Shown: positions 11,601-20,317 of the stretch, piece by piece | Layout of the letters: every line of letters begins with the position of its first letter | Position numbering within the stretch: the first letter of the stretch is position 1 | NCBI GenBank assembly: GCA_037305845.1 | Contig: CP147778.1 | Location: 256,001-320,000 of the forward strand | Direction: 5' to 3' | Origin: Candidatus Freyarchaeum deiterrae | Lineage (GTDB): Archaea; Asgardarchaeota; Jordiarchaeia; Jordiarchaeales; Jordiarchaeaceae | DNA: 64,000 nt | Program-made: the position numbers and the translations under genes | The notes under the pieces: generated by a model | Seen by the model: the letters and a program-made list of their open reading frames with translations, nothing else | The model's database searches: none | What the model was told of the DNA's origin: nothing

Positions 11601-11929
11601 CTGTAATAAGGTGCTCCTCAGCCAGCCGTGCGTATGAAGAGTGGTTAGAGGAGCGAATGAAGACTGTCACAGGGGAAAGTAGTGGAGACCTGAAAGAAAG
11701 GCTGACGAAATTTCTAGATAAATGGATTGATTGGGTCGATTTAGTAGGGAAAGAACTATGTTATGAAAAAGGCCAGTACGGTCAGTGCAGAAACTACCTA
11801 TTGAGGAGAATAGACGATGTCCGTCAACCGGAAGACGGAGGCCTTAAAAAATTGACCCCTACCTCAATGAGGAACGTTGAGCAACAAGTGCCGTTACATA
11901 GGGTGAAAATACCAAGGTCGGGAAGGTGA
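8591..11929 (+). CDS. drmA: DISARM helicase DrmA
   Basis: WRPFQIAFIL, PTGGGKTEAY, RYTLRLLT, QDELH, SEYIQSTGRVGR; 1112 aa; followed by DUF1998 and PLD genes. Confidence 0.92.
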   Translation: MVRRYELTKAEVRKQLVKNLERDLLGPKKGPDEEFMELPTQRYVIGILFPSSTPIGPEQDINNPPEGEDDEEYSPMYRTPLENELRPSSMGMSFIVDKNITSLPVEIRWATYIQKEEYGSFRRCEHTVSMELDVSADDLKGDEPLYRKDMADAKEFRVFWRTYRGEKEDRPVSVFLWNKETTSSNKAELSQRCMFSPSIRIEFKDRFIIARKRMTIASEEEDLKSLNLLYHDRHEFGVGHGCSIMWMDVQGNRCGLIETTFMPTYHWQPLSFREEEYPFYMKNMSEKKRKEQIQEELELLKSYEEWISGTFSEVEKNQLEPMFHETFDRHKNECMTSLVRIKKGIELLEDDQVFNAFCFMNEAMFLQRAYYDAAVEYRKEGKKFKDPSLTDSKVIAKHRWRPFQIAFILQAIPGIVNPNDDDRKIVDLLWIPTGGGKTEAYLGLAAFTMAYRRLKSKALEDYAGVSVMMRYTLRLLTIQQFQRAGALMCACEAIRDKNKAKWGEIPFLVGLFVGQSTTPNIIGKKNDYVKYNEDGWKNKNCEDTAYYALEYWKKEHQKPTGSNPFQLLYCPWCGEELTEKSYTIDDEKQNVITHCVRDGCLFKLLEIPAITVDEDVYNRLPSMVIGTVDKFAMLPFSPKIGKMFGHVDRYCPTHGFLCRTENHSDSHKSGVQVRSIRNPLNPPNLIIQDELHLINGPLGSMVGIYESTVDRLCSRNIGTVIVKPKVIASTATIRRARDQVWNIFARDVKRFPAPGTEFSDSFFVKEVQDDNNAKQFIGVFPSGIGQKTVMKRTLSSLLLSALEFNKKGSPVEDWDEYWTLVSYFNSIRELGSAKTTIEDDVNSAVKERRKILPIDELTSRINSKDLPSILAKLNIRGDTDKAVNILACSNMFSVGVDVQRLGLMVMNNQPKATSEYIQSTGRVGRNKSGLVIVLYNWVRPRDQSHYERFYDYHNRIQSYVEAMTVTPFSEGASERALHAQYVSMIRILSDAQLSRQSEAGNFNSVIRCSSASRAYEEWLEERMKTVTGESSGDLKERLTKFLDKWIDWVDLVGKELCYEKGQYGQCRNYLLRRIDDVRQPEDGGLKKLTPTSMRNVEQQVPLHRVKIPRSGR

Positions 11930-13680
11930 TTTTTATTAACGAGATGAGACCAAGCAAATTGATAATGACCTTTGGACCTGGATCTATAGTCGATTTTCCA
12001 GATAGGGAATCTTACATCGTGATGGGACCAGATTATTGGAAGTCACATGAAACGATACAAGAACCTAGACTTGCTAAGAAATTGGATTGCGACCATTTTG
12101 GTTCGCCCCAAAAGAGATGGGACGACAAATCCCATTTTTTTGTGGGCATCGCCGTCCGTGATTTCCCTCATATGAGGGTATGTCCATCTTGCGGTAAGCT
12201 TTCATATGAGTTCCGTTGCAAGGATTGTAAGGGATCTGAAGATGAAAAAGGCCCTAAGACGATGCCTCCGAGACTCGTCGCCGCTTGTAAGGGTGGTCAT
12301 ATCCAAGATTTTCCATGGAAAGCGTGGTGCGGTTGCACTTGCAACCGTAATGATGCACGGTTGTTCCTAATCGGAGAGAGTATAGAGGCGGAAGGTTCGG
12401 ATTTGAAAGTCGTATGTAAAAATTGTAGGAGCGAGAGGAATTTGATGCTGGCACTAGGGCAGTTGAAATACAGTTGCAATGGGGAACGGCCGTGGTTAGG
12501 CGATGAAGAGACCTGTTCGGAAAAACTATATGGGCTGATGAGAGGGGCGAGCAATGTTTACTTCCCAGTGATTGAGAGCTCTTTAAGCATACCACCTTAC
12601 TCAACAGAGATACATAAGGATGTAGAAAAGCATATGGACGCTGCTAGGGCAAACTGGGTTAACAATAACATTAAAGGGTACATCGAAAATAATGATGAAC
12701 TGAAAAAGTACATCGAAGATGGGAAATACACCGAAAATCAACTTATAAGGGCTTTCGGCGAGAAATTTGGAGGGCCTTCCTCCATCGATATAAAAGGGGA
12801 GGAGTGGGACCGGCTCGTTCACGATGTAAAATACGGTCCAAACGATGATTTCCAGACAAAAAGTATTGACATAACCGGCTCCAATCTCGATAAATGGTTC
12901 GCCCGCATCGTACTTGTTACAAAACTGCGCGAGGTCGTCGCAGTGACTGGTTTCAATAGAGTGGAACCAAACAATCCTGACACGAAACAAAAATTGAGGA
13001 TGGAGATGGAGAACTGGTCGGATTTCCTTAATAATCATCCGGATATAAGTCCTAGTCTGGACATCGAAATATCTAGAAATTGGCTACCAGGTGTAGAACT
13101 GTTCGGTGAAGGTATCTTCTTCAAGTTTAAAGAGTCCATGGTCAATAGATGGAATGGTGACTCAGCTAATATTAAACGTTGCAAACGGATAATCTCGCAG
13201 CCGAAACAACCCTTCAAAAAGGAAGGAGTAGACCTCACCGACGAGCGGACAATCCTTGTGCATACCTTCGCTCACCAGTTCATTCGTCAAATATCACTAG
13301 AATGCGGTTATTCTATGGCGTCTCTAAAGGAAAGACTTTATGTTAGGAGAAGTGATGAAAGGGACATGTGCGGTGTCCTTATTTACACAGCCTCGTCAGA
13401 TAGTGAAGGAACCCTAGGTGGACTAGTAGCACAAGCAAAGGACAGCAGAACCCTTCTTGGTCATATCTCAAGTATAATCGATTCCGTAAGGTTTTGTTCT
13501 CAAGATCCATTATGCGGAACACATGAACCGACCACTACGAAAAACCCATGGGGAGCCTCATGCCATTCATGTTCCCAATTGCCTGAGACCTCCTGCGAGG
13601 GACTACAGAACAAACTATTAGACCGTTTCACATTGATAAGCAATGATGAAGTGACGGGATATTTCGATGACAGTCTATAA
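11926..13680 (+). CDS. drmB: DISARM DrmB (DUF1998)
   Basis: RPSKLIMTFGPGSIVD N-terminus, HTFAHQFI, GTLGGLV and CSQDPLC...CHSC...SCE Cys cluster. Confidence 0.92.
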   Translation: MIFINEMRPSKLIMTFGPGSIVDFPDRESYIVMGPDYWKSHETIQEPRLAKKLDCDHFGSPQKRWDDKSHFFVGIAVRDFPHMRVCPSCGKLSYEFRCKDCKGSEDEKGPKTMPPRLVAACKGGHIQDFPWKAWCGCTCNRNDARLFLIGESIEAEGSDLKVVCKNCRSERNLMLALGQLKYSCNGERPWLGDEETCSEKLYGLMRGASNVYFPVIESSLSIPPYSTEIHKDVEKHMDAARANWVNNNIKGYIENNDELKKYIEDGKYTENQLIRAFGEKFGGPSSIDIKGEEWDRLVHDVKYGPNDDFQTKSIDITGSNLDKWFARIVLVTKLREVVAVTGFNRVEPNNPDTKQKLRMEMENWSDFLNNHPDISPSLDIEISRNWLPGVELFGEGIFFKFKESMVNRWNGDSANIKRCKRIISQPKQPFKKEGVDLTDERTILVHTFAHQFIRQISLECGYSMASLKERLYVRRSDERDMCGVLIYTASSDSEGTLGGLVAQAKDSRTLLGHISSIIDSVRFCSQDPLCGTHEPTTTKNPWGASCHSCSQLPETSCEGLQNKLLDRFTLISNDEVTGYFDDSL

Positions 13681-14458
13681 AAGAACATCATTGGAAAGGT
13701 TAGCTGATTTGGCAACCAAGATAAAGATAACTCTATCCCCTGAGAAAACCACGATGTTCTTGAAGATGTTGGAAGAAAGAGGCTTCACACATCCGACATC
13801 ATTCGATATAGATAGACTAGGTCTCCCGCCAAACAAAGCTGATTTGTTAAAAAGGTACATCGGAAGCATTGAGAAAAAGGAAGAATTAATTGCAATCTCA
13901 TTATCCCTTTTAGATGACACAAAATCAGAGTCCTCATCCCCAATGGAAGTATGTTGGACAGGTCCTTCAGAAAATCGGCATATACGCATGACATGGCCTG
14001 CTCTTTCGGAGATGCTGTTATCTGCTGAGAAAAGCATACTTATAATCGGTTATGCAATCAACGCCAACATGAGAAGCTTAATGGACTATCTGGAAGAGAA
14101 ATCTAAATCCGGTGTGAGGCTGGTTTTTATGATGGATAGATTGAAAGAGAAAGAGGATTTCCTTTGCTGGGCCAAGGGGCTACCTCAACCACCAGAACTC
14201 TATGATAGACCCGAAGACCCAGAAGACCCTATGTCCGCGCTTCACGTCAAATGCGTGGTTGTCGACGAGAAAGTAGCTATGTTCGGATCAGCGAACTTAA
14301 CATATCATGGCATGAAGGGAAATATAGAGTTAGGTCTAGTATTACACGATGAGAAAATCGTCAAAAACATAGTAGATTTATTAGAGGGGTTAAAAAAGGA
14401 ACTGGTCAGATTCAACCTGTCCGAATATAGAGCGAACAGCAATGTTGGAAATAGTTGA
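13667..14458 (+). CDS. drmC: DISARM DrmC phospholipase-D-like nuclease
   Basis: Single HKD motif HVKCVVVD...GSANLT...NIELG; WTGP motif; last gene of the operon. Confidence 0.9.
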   Translation: MTVYKRTSLERLADLATKIKITLSPEKTTMFLKMLEERGFTHPTSFDIDRLGLPPNKADLLKRYIGSIEKKEELIAISLSLLDDTKSESSSPMEVCWTGPSENRHIRMTWPALSEMLLSAEKSILIIGYAINANMRSLMDYLEEKSKSGVRLVFMMDRLKEKEDFLCWAKGLPQPPELYDRPEDPEDPMSALHVKCVVVDEKVAMFGSANLTYHGMKGNIELGLVLHDEKIVKNIVDLLEGLKKELVRFNLSEYRANSNVGNS

Positions 14459-14569
14459 AAGGAAAAAAGCGATTTCAGCGTTCAACAGACTTGGCAAATA
14501 GACATTGAGAAGGATTGTCAGGAGACACACACAGAAAAAACGCATTACGAATTTGTAAAAGTTGCTGAA

Positions 14570-14765
14570 TTAGTTTGTATAGTTGTTATTTGTAGTTTTC
14601 TTTTTGTTTTTGTTATTTATTTGGATGTCTGGACTAGTTTCGATTATTGCCCTTACTTTTTTCTTATCTGAACGATGTTTACGTTTGTTTTTATTTTTTC
14701 CTTCGATTATTTTTATTGTGGTTGCGTTTGCAATTTTTGGTAAGCATCTCTTGGGAAATTTAATA
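14570..14765 (-). repeat. Degenerate copy of the 3' end of the PIN gene (15621-~15825)
   Basis: Translates ...PKRCLPKIANATTIKII...KVRAIIETSPDIQI, versus PKKCTPEIANATTIKIT...KVRAIIETSPDIQI in the gene; indels present. Confidence 0.85.
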
Positions 14766-14946
14766 AGATAAAAAGCCGCAAAAAGTTTGCCTCTACATTT
14801 TAGAAGAAGAAACAGTTTAGCACTTTTTTCTGTGTAGCAGAGAATAAAAGTAATATTAAAATCGGCGAAATACAATAGATAATATTATTGAATGTTAGTA
14901 GTTTATGAGCATTAAAATCATTGAAGACAAATAAAGAGGTATCAAT

Positions 14947-15576
14947 ATGAAAAACGAGGAGAGAGCAGAAGAAAAAAGAAAAGAAATAGTGGATATTTTA
15001 AATGATGCCCTTAAAAACCATATTACTCAATATATGAAAGATAATTCAAATTTGCGTATTGAAGATATATCCTCAAGAATAACAAATAACTTTGTGAGAA
15101 TAACTTCTCCTGAGTCAGATGATAAAATTTATTTGATTACTGAGAGAATGATGGGTAGAGGAGGAGGCAGAAGCGTAAAACCAGGAAATATTTTTTTAAA
15201 CTGGAAAAAGCTCATAGTAGTTCTTTCTGAAAGCTTTCTGACAATTTTTGGAGCCATTCAAATGCCACTCTTAATTCCATTTGCATGTCTTGTCGTTTGG
15301 GATAAACTTTATTCTTTATCAAATATTCCGATTTCAGAAAAACACGCTGCTGTTATTTATGTTATGTGGAAAAATCGGGATGAAAAACAATGCATCAGAG
15401 AAGACTTGATTTTAAATTATATAAACACAGAACTATCTAAATTTAATCTCCCTACGATGAGCCAAGAAGAACTAAACCAGATATTGAAAGATTTAGAAAA
15501 AATGAAAAGCATTGAAAAAAGTAAAAGTGATAGAAATAAATGGTGGTTACGAGAATGGGTTAGGGTTGAATACTAG
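14947..15576 (+). CDS. Hypothetical protein with a central hydrophobic segment and a possible C-terminal winged helix
   Basis: GAGGT RBS; 209-aa ORF; AT-rich; ends ...LNQILKDLEKMKSIE...KWWLREWV. Confidence 0.7.
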   Translation: MKNEERAEEKRKEIVDILNDALKNHITQYMKDNSNLRIEDISSRITNNFVRITSPESDDKIYLITERMMGRGGGRSVKPGNIFLNWKKLIVVLSESFLTIFGAIQMPLLIPFACLVVWDKLYSLSNIPISEKHAAVIYVMWKNRDEKQCIREDLILNYINTELSKFNLPTMSQEELNQILKDLEKMKSIEKSKSDRNKWWLREWVRVEY

Positions 15577-15620
15577 TAGCTATGAAAAAAGCTTTAATTT
15601 AAGAAAGCCGCTATCTCGGT

Positions 15621-17366
15621 TTATTTTGTTGGTGTTGTTGTTATTTGTATTTTTCTTTTAGTTGTCGTTATTTGTATGTCTGGGCTTGTTTCTATTATTG
15701 CTCTTACTTTGTTTTCTCTTGTCTGTGTGATGTTCTGGTTTGTTTTTATTTTTCCTTTGGTTATTTTTATGGTTGTTGCGTTTGCTATTTCTGGTGTGCA
15801 TTTTTTGGGTAGGCGTATTAGTAGTGCTGATTTTAGTGCTGGGTGCCATGCTTTTACTTGTATTTCGTTTTGTTGTTGTGTGGTTTGTAGTATGTACATG
15901 GGTTGGCAGTATGGTTTGGGGCATTCTTCGATTGGGGTGAGGGTTTCTATTCTTAGGGCTTTGTCTAGTGGTGATTTTGTTTGGTTTCGGAGTTCTTCTT
16001 CTGGGAGGGTTTCTTTTAGTTTTTTCATGGTGGTTTCTGTTGCTTCTTCGTCTTCTTGTAGTCTGCAATAGTTCAGGAGGCAGTGTGCTGCTTCTGTTTT
16101 TGTGATTTGTGTTGTTTCTAGTTCTAGTATGGCTTCGAGTATTTGGGGTGGGTGTTCTGTGTTTCCGAGTGTGTGGAGGTCTTGTACTGTGTTTAGTAGG
16201 TATTGTGTGTCTGCGTCTGGTGGTAGGGGTTCTCCTTTTGCTGCTTTTATTAGGTTTTGTATTTGTTTGAGTGTGTTTGTTGTTGGTTTTGTTGTTGTTT
16301 GTTGTTGTAGTATTTGGTTTATTGTGTTTTCGGCTTTTTCTATTTCTTTGTTTGCGAGTTGGAGTACTGCTGCTAGTGCTAGGGTGCTTTCTAGGTTTTC
16401 TATGGTGTGGGCGTGGTATAGTCCGAGGGCGTTTGTTATGTTGGTGAGTGCTTTTTGGACTTCTCCCTGTTCTAGGTTTTTCGCTGCTGCTCTTATTTGG
16501 GCTTGGAACATTTCTTGTTGAATGATTAGTACGAGCGATAGGTGGAATTCGGGTCTTAGTTGATTTTCTTTTAGTGTTAGTTGCCATGCGATTTCTATTG
16601 ATAGGTTTTCCAGTTCGTTGGGTTCTCCTATTTGGTTTAGTTTTTTTAGGAGGTTTGGGATTGGTTGAAATATGTTTAGCTCTTTTTCCTCTTCTCTATC
16701 GGTTTCTTCTCCCATTATGATTTTTTGTAGGGCTTGGGTGATTCGGGGTGGGAGTGTGGGTACTTGTTGTTCTGTCTGCTGTAGTATTTGTCGGGTTGTT
16801 TCCAGTATTTTTTGGACTATTGGTGAAATGGAGCGTCCAGATCTCGCGCGCCACTGGATGAAGTAGCCTGCGGTTCCGGTTGCTGCGAGAAGGAGTTGGT
16901 TTTTTTGGTTTTGGGTGGGTGCCTTTGAGGATAGTATGCTGAGGAAATTGAAGGGTTTGATTACGCGGAGGTTTGGGATTCTCAGATTGTTTGTAACTGT
17001 TTCTTCGATGCCTTGGTCATCGGTTACGATTTGGGTTTCTCCTTGCTCCGATAGTTTTTTTGCGAAGTATACGATTTCGAAGTCGGTGTCGCTTTTATCT
17101 CCTGAGATGTATCCTTTTCTTATGGCTTCATTTTTTATGGTTTTGAATTCCTCGTTGTATCGGTTTACTTGCTCTGATTTGTCTATGAACTGCTTCACCT
17201 TGACCACGGGCAGTCTTCCCTGGTCTACTTCATCTAGGACTGACTTGGTGGTGTAGATGTTCATGTTGTTTTCCTGTTTGATTATGTTTCTTATGTCTGA
17301 GAGTTGGTTTATGTTATTGGTGTTCTCGAGAGCCATGAAGAAGTTTGCGTCGAAAACTAGGTTCAA
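15621..17366 (-). CDS. PIN-domain protein with a long helical (TPR-like) C-terminal region
   Basis: LVFDANFF, TTKSVLDEV, DFEIV and IVTDD form the acidic PIN pattern; AGGAGG RBS before the TTG start. Confidence 0.75.
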   Translation of the reverse strand: MNLVFDANFFMALENTNNINQLSDIRNIIKQENNMNIYTTKSVLDEVDQGRLPVVKVKQFIDKSEQVNRYNEEFKTIKNEAIRKGYISGDKSDTDFEIVYFAKKLSEQGETQIVTDDQGIEETVTNNLRIPNLRVIKPFNFLSILSSKAPTQNQKNQLLLAATGTAGYFIQWRARSGRSISPIVQKILETTRQILQQTEQQVPTLPPRITQALQKIIMGEETDREEEKELNIFQPIPNLLKKLNQIGEPNELENLSIEIAWQLTLKENQLRPEFHLSLVLIIQQEMFQAQIRAAAKNLEQGEVQKALTNITNALGLYHAHTIENLESTLALAAVLQLANKEIEKAENTINQILQQQTTTKPTTNTLKQIQNLIKAAKGEPLPPDADTQYLLNTVQDLHTLGNTEHPPQILEAILELETTQITKTEAAHCLLNYCRLQEDEEATETTMKKLKETLPEEELRNQTKSPLDKALRIETLTPIEECPKPYCQPMYILQTTQQQNEIQVKAWHPALKSALLIRLPKKCTPEIANATTIKITKGKIKTNQNITQTRENKVRAIIETSPDIQITTTKRKIQITTTPTK

Positions 17367-17463
17367 GGTAATTAATCTCCTCCTAGAAGAATTATTTTGT
17401 ATTTCATTTCTATTTCTTAAGCTTAGCTCGGGCTTAAAGCCTGGTTTTTTCTTGAAAATCAGC

Positions 17464-17795
17464 TTATATTCTGAATATTTTCTCTAATTTTCTGTTAACT
17501 TCCTTTTTGAGCTCTTGCCCCGCTTCGCCGATTTCTCCAATTACAAACTCTTTTAAAATTGTTGTAACTTTATCGAGCCTTATAATCGAATCTACTTTTA
17601 AGCCGGTTAGTTTGAATTCTGGATGATTCTCTCTGTGACAACAATATCTCCAGATAATGGAGTGTCAGGAACTCTTGATGAGATGAAGGCAACTACTACG
17701 TCCTTTGTTCCTTCATGGATTACTAGAGCAGGTCTCAATTTTGCCGTAGTTAGATCTGTGAAGGGGAAGGGGACGAGAACGATTTTGCCTTTCAT
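17464..17795 (-). pseudogene. PemK/MazF-family toxin, frameshifted
   Basis: GKIVLVPFPFTD...KLRPALV N-terminus; the C-terminus HPEFKLTGLKVDSIIRLDKV...KIFRI* is in another frame; the shift lies in an AG-dinucleotide run near 17628-17636. Confidence 0.85.
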
Positions 17796-17977
17796 TGGTA
17801 TCTAACCTTTAGATCTTCAACTCTGTAGATGTCCGGTTCACTTTCGAGGAATTTTAATGATTTCTCAGAAATTCGCATCATTGACATGATTTCTCTCTCG
17901 TAGAGGAGCTCGTCGAGCTTTTTTGATATTTCGATTATTTGCTTTCTTATCTCGCTCAATTCAGCTTCAACGTTCAT
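17792..17977 (-). CDS. Putative antitoxin of the PemK-like toxin
   Basis: 61 aa, ends SEKSLKFLESEPDIY...; its stop overlaps the toxin start (ATGA). Confidence 0.7.
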   Translation of the reverse strand: MNVEAELSEIRKQIIEISKKLDELLYEREIMSMMRISEKSLKFLESEPDIYRVEDLKVRYQ

Positions 17978-18225
17978 AATTTAAAATGAGGAGGGCAATT
18001 ATTAATTCTTTCTCCTACTTCTACATTTTTTTAACTGCTTGTGTTTAATATCTTAAATTGTTCTGCTTTTCTTTATTGTAAAATGTGATAATCGAAGTCT
18101 AGAACCAGTTTCTTCGTTTTGACTCGCTGGTTGCAGTGACCAGTCTGCGTGGTGGTGCTGGACTGTGCTTCCTTTGTTCTTCTAGGAAAATCTGAAATAT
18201 GGGGAGTGTGTGAATACTTTGAGAA

Positions 18226-18669
18226 GTGATAAGTTTGAGTTATGAACCGCATGGAAATGAGTATATTGAGATGTACGGCGCTTTAGCGAAACGGTTTGTT
18301 TCCATAGATGGTCAGGGAGAAGTTAGTATTATTGTTGAGGGAAGCGATGAGGAAAGGATTTTATTGTATCTGATTGGAAAATTGTATGCTTTAAAGGATG
18401 GTTTAGTGCCTTCTGCGTTTGTGGACAGCTCAGAGTTTATGGAGAAATTAGGTATTCCTGAGGATTCTCTTGTGGAACTGTTGAAAGAACTTGGTAATAA
18501 GCAGCTGATAAGCGAGAATAGAATGGTTAGTAGGATGGGTAGAAGGGGCAGGAAGAGTAGGAAGGGTATGGGTGAGGGTAGAACGGTTTACTATGGTATA
18601 ATTGTCGATAAGCTTGAGCCGGTACTTAAAATGATAGAAGCGAGACTTTCTGGAAGTGAGGATGATTAG
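18226..18669 (+). CDS. Hypothetical protein with a winged-helix-like C-terminal half
   Basis: ERILLYLIGK...EFMEKLGIPEDSLVELLKELGNKQLI pattern. Confidence 0.6.
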   Translation: MISLSYEPHGNEYIEMYGALAKRFVSIDGQGEVSIIVEGSDEERILLYLIGKLYALKDGLVPSAFVDSSEFMEKLGIPEDSLVELLKELGNKQLISENRMVSRMGRRGRKSRKGMGEGRTVYYGIIVDKLEPVLKMIEARLSGSEDD

Positions 18670-18688
18670 AAGCATTTTGGAAGCCGGA

Positions 18689-18871
18689 GTGGCTATTTAA
18701 GAAGCGGACTACGATCTCTCTCTCTCTCTCTTTCTGATGCTATTAAAAAGGAGTTGTTGCGGGAGATGGCTAGGTTACAGTTGAAGTGGGGGAGAAAGGT
18801 GGATTTTGAGGATGTTATAATGAACCTGGTTCTTCAGGGAAGAAGAAGGCCTGAACTATTGGAAGAGGCTT
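18689..18871 (+). pseudogene. Antitoxin-like gene, frameshifted at a (TC)8 run and cut by mini-element copy 1
   Basis: KRTTISLS and DAIKKELLREMARLQLKWGRKVDFEDVI...RPELLEEA lie in different frames; the element starts immediately after EEA. Confidence 0.6.
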
Positions 18872-19086
18872 CTGACATACTCCCCACCTTGAAAGGTTGG
18901 GGGTTCTACACTTCTGTTGTTAGAAGTGTGGGGGGCGTGTCACCGCCCGGTTAATGGCTTCCGCACCTTCTTCTTCGTCGGGTGAGCAAGCCCTATTATT
19001 TTTTTTCCTCTTTTTTCGGTATTTAAACTCCAAGCAATTCATTCCCGCCTTAAAGGGACCGGGGCTTTCTTGCCAATCATCTTTAG
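18872..19086 (-). mobile_element. Non-autonomous IS200/IS605 (IS608-like) mini-element, copy 1, with omegaRNA-like scaffold
   Basis: Minus strand: TTAC target (19087-19090), left end AAAG+CCCCGG hairpin, right end GAAC-CCCCAACCTTTCAAGGTGGGG-AGTATG-TCAG; four copies in the window. Confidence 0.9.
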
Positions 19087-19227
19087 GTAATTAAAAATTC
19101 AGGGTGCTTCTTACCTATTTCTTGAACGAAGGGAATTCATAAAGTCTATAATAATTTCAGATTTCTTGGTTTCAAATTAACTCTTCATGTGTTTCTTGTC
19201 GCTCTTTTACTTCTTCTTCTTTAATGC

Positions 19228-19599
19228 TTAGGGGTCATGAATTTCGAAATGTAAGTTTTTGCCATCCAAGACGATTTTAAAATTATTTAATATGTCTCTT
19301 CCAATAATTACTTCGTCTTGAGGTAATGCCACAACTTCTATAAACTCGAGCAAGAAATTGTTGAAATCTACATTAATATAGTAGGTCCATTCTTTAACTA
19401 GCCTTCCATAGACATCAATGTAATCTTTTTTTCTAACTTTTTGCAGACCGAGTTCAGCTATTAAGTTACTCGGAATGGCGGTGTCATCTGCACCTGTATC
19501 TAGGATTCCGTAATATTGTACATTATTACCAGAGATTGGGTTAAATATTGTCACTTTGATAGTTGGGGCTGGTGGATCTTTTATTGTGTCATATTTCAA
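19228..19599 (-). CDS. Retropepsin-like aspartyl protease
   Basis: ILDTGAD and IIGRDILN motifs. Confidence 0.88.
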   Translation of the reverse strand: MKYDTIKDPPAPTIKVTIFNPISGNNVQYYGILDTGADDTAIPSNLIAELGLQKVRKKDYIDVYGRLVKEWTYYINVDFNNFLLEFIEVVALPQDEVIIGRDILNNFKIVLDGKNLHFEIHDP

Positions 19600-19600
19600 A

Positions 19601-19915
19601 TTAGAGTCTCCTTGGGGCTGGCAGTCTAGCGGGTTTTTTTCCGTTTACTTTGTCCATGTAGATTGGGAGATAGCCATATTTTGTGTAGACTCTTTTTGCA
19701 AGTCTTATCTTATCCTCATCTGAGTCAATCACTTTTTCATTTAAAATAGCCACGTATTTACCCTTATACTTGTTGAGGAGACCCGTTTCTTGCATCTTCT
19801 CGAAGGCAAGTCTTTCCTTTTCAATATTTTGTAAACTTGTATCCACATTCTCTTTCATAGAATATTCCTCGGGAAATTTATAAGAGGCGTCAACATAACT
19901 GCGCAAATAATTCAA
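19601..19915 (-). CDS. DUF5678-type small protein, partner of the aspartyl protease
   Basis: KYKGKYVAILNEKVIDSDEDKIRLAKRVYTKYG. Confidence 0.8.
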   Translation of the reverse strand: MNYLRSYVDASYKFPEEYSMKENVDTSLQNIEKERLAFEKMQETGLLNKYKGKYVAILNEKVIDSDEDKIRLAKRVYTKYGYLPIYMDKVNGKKPARLPAPRRL

Positions 19916-20098
19916 ATACTTTAATCCTTTTCCTTAATTCGGAGCCAGAAAGTTGCAAGTGATTCCTAGTTAGGATAAAGATGCGAATTCATTCTCAAAG
20001 GATGAACTAAAACCTGACTCTGATATAATAAATCGCGCCTCAAGTCTTTTTTTATTTATCGTATAGATAAAAGTTTTGTGTTCTGCATTTCTTAATAG

Positions 20099-20317
20099 CT
20101 GACATACTCCCCTCCTTGAAAGGTTGGGGGTTCTACACTTCTATGTTATTGTTGTTAGAAGTGTGGGGGGCGTGTCACCGCCCGGTTAATGGCTTCCGCA
20201 CCTTCTTCTTCGTCGGGTGAGCAAGCCCTATTATTTTTTTTCCTCTTTTTTCGGTATTTAAACTCCATGCAATTCTTCCCCGCCCTAAGGGGACCGGGGC
20301 TTGCTAATCATCTTTAG
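20099..20317 (-). mobile_element. IS200/IS605 mini-element, copy 2 (4-bp deletion in the left end)
   Basis: Same ends as copy 1; TTAC at 20318-20321; longer loop in the ACACTTCT/AGAAGTGT hairpin; left-end guide reads CAAG. Confidence 0.9.

Noticed and set aside
14570-15825. Diversity-generating retroelement TR/VR pair at the PIN gene 3' end
   Set aside because: The differences include indels and are not confined to adenines; no reverse transcriptase is in the window.
15658-16587. 309-aa minus-strand ORF and overlapping plus-strand hydrophobic ORFs
   Set aside because: Shadow frames caused by the extreme A/C versus G/T bias of the PIN gene.
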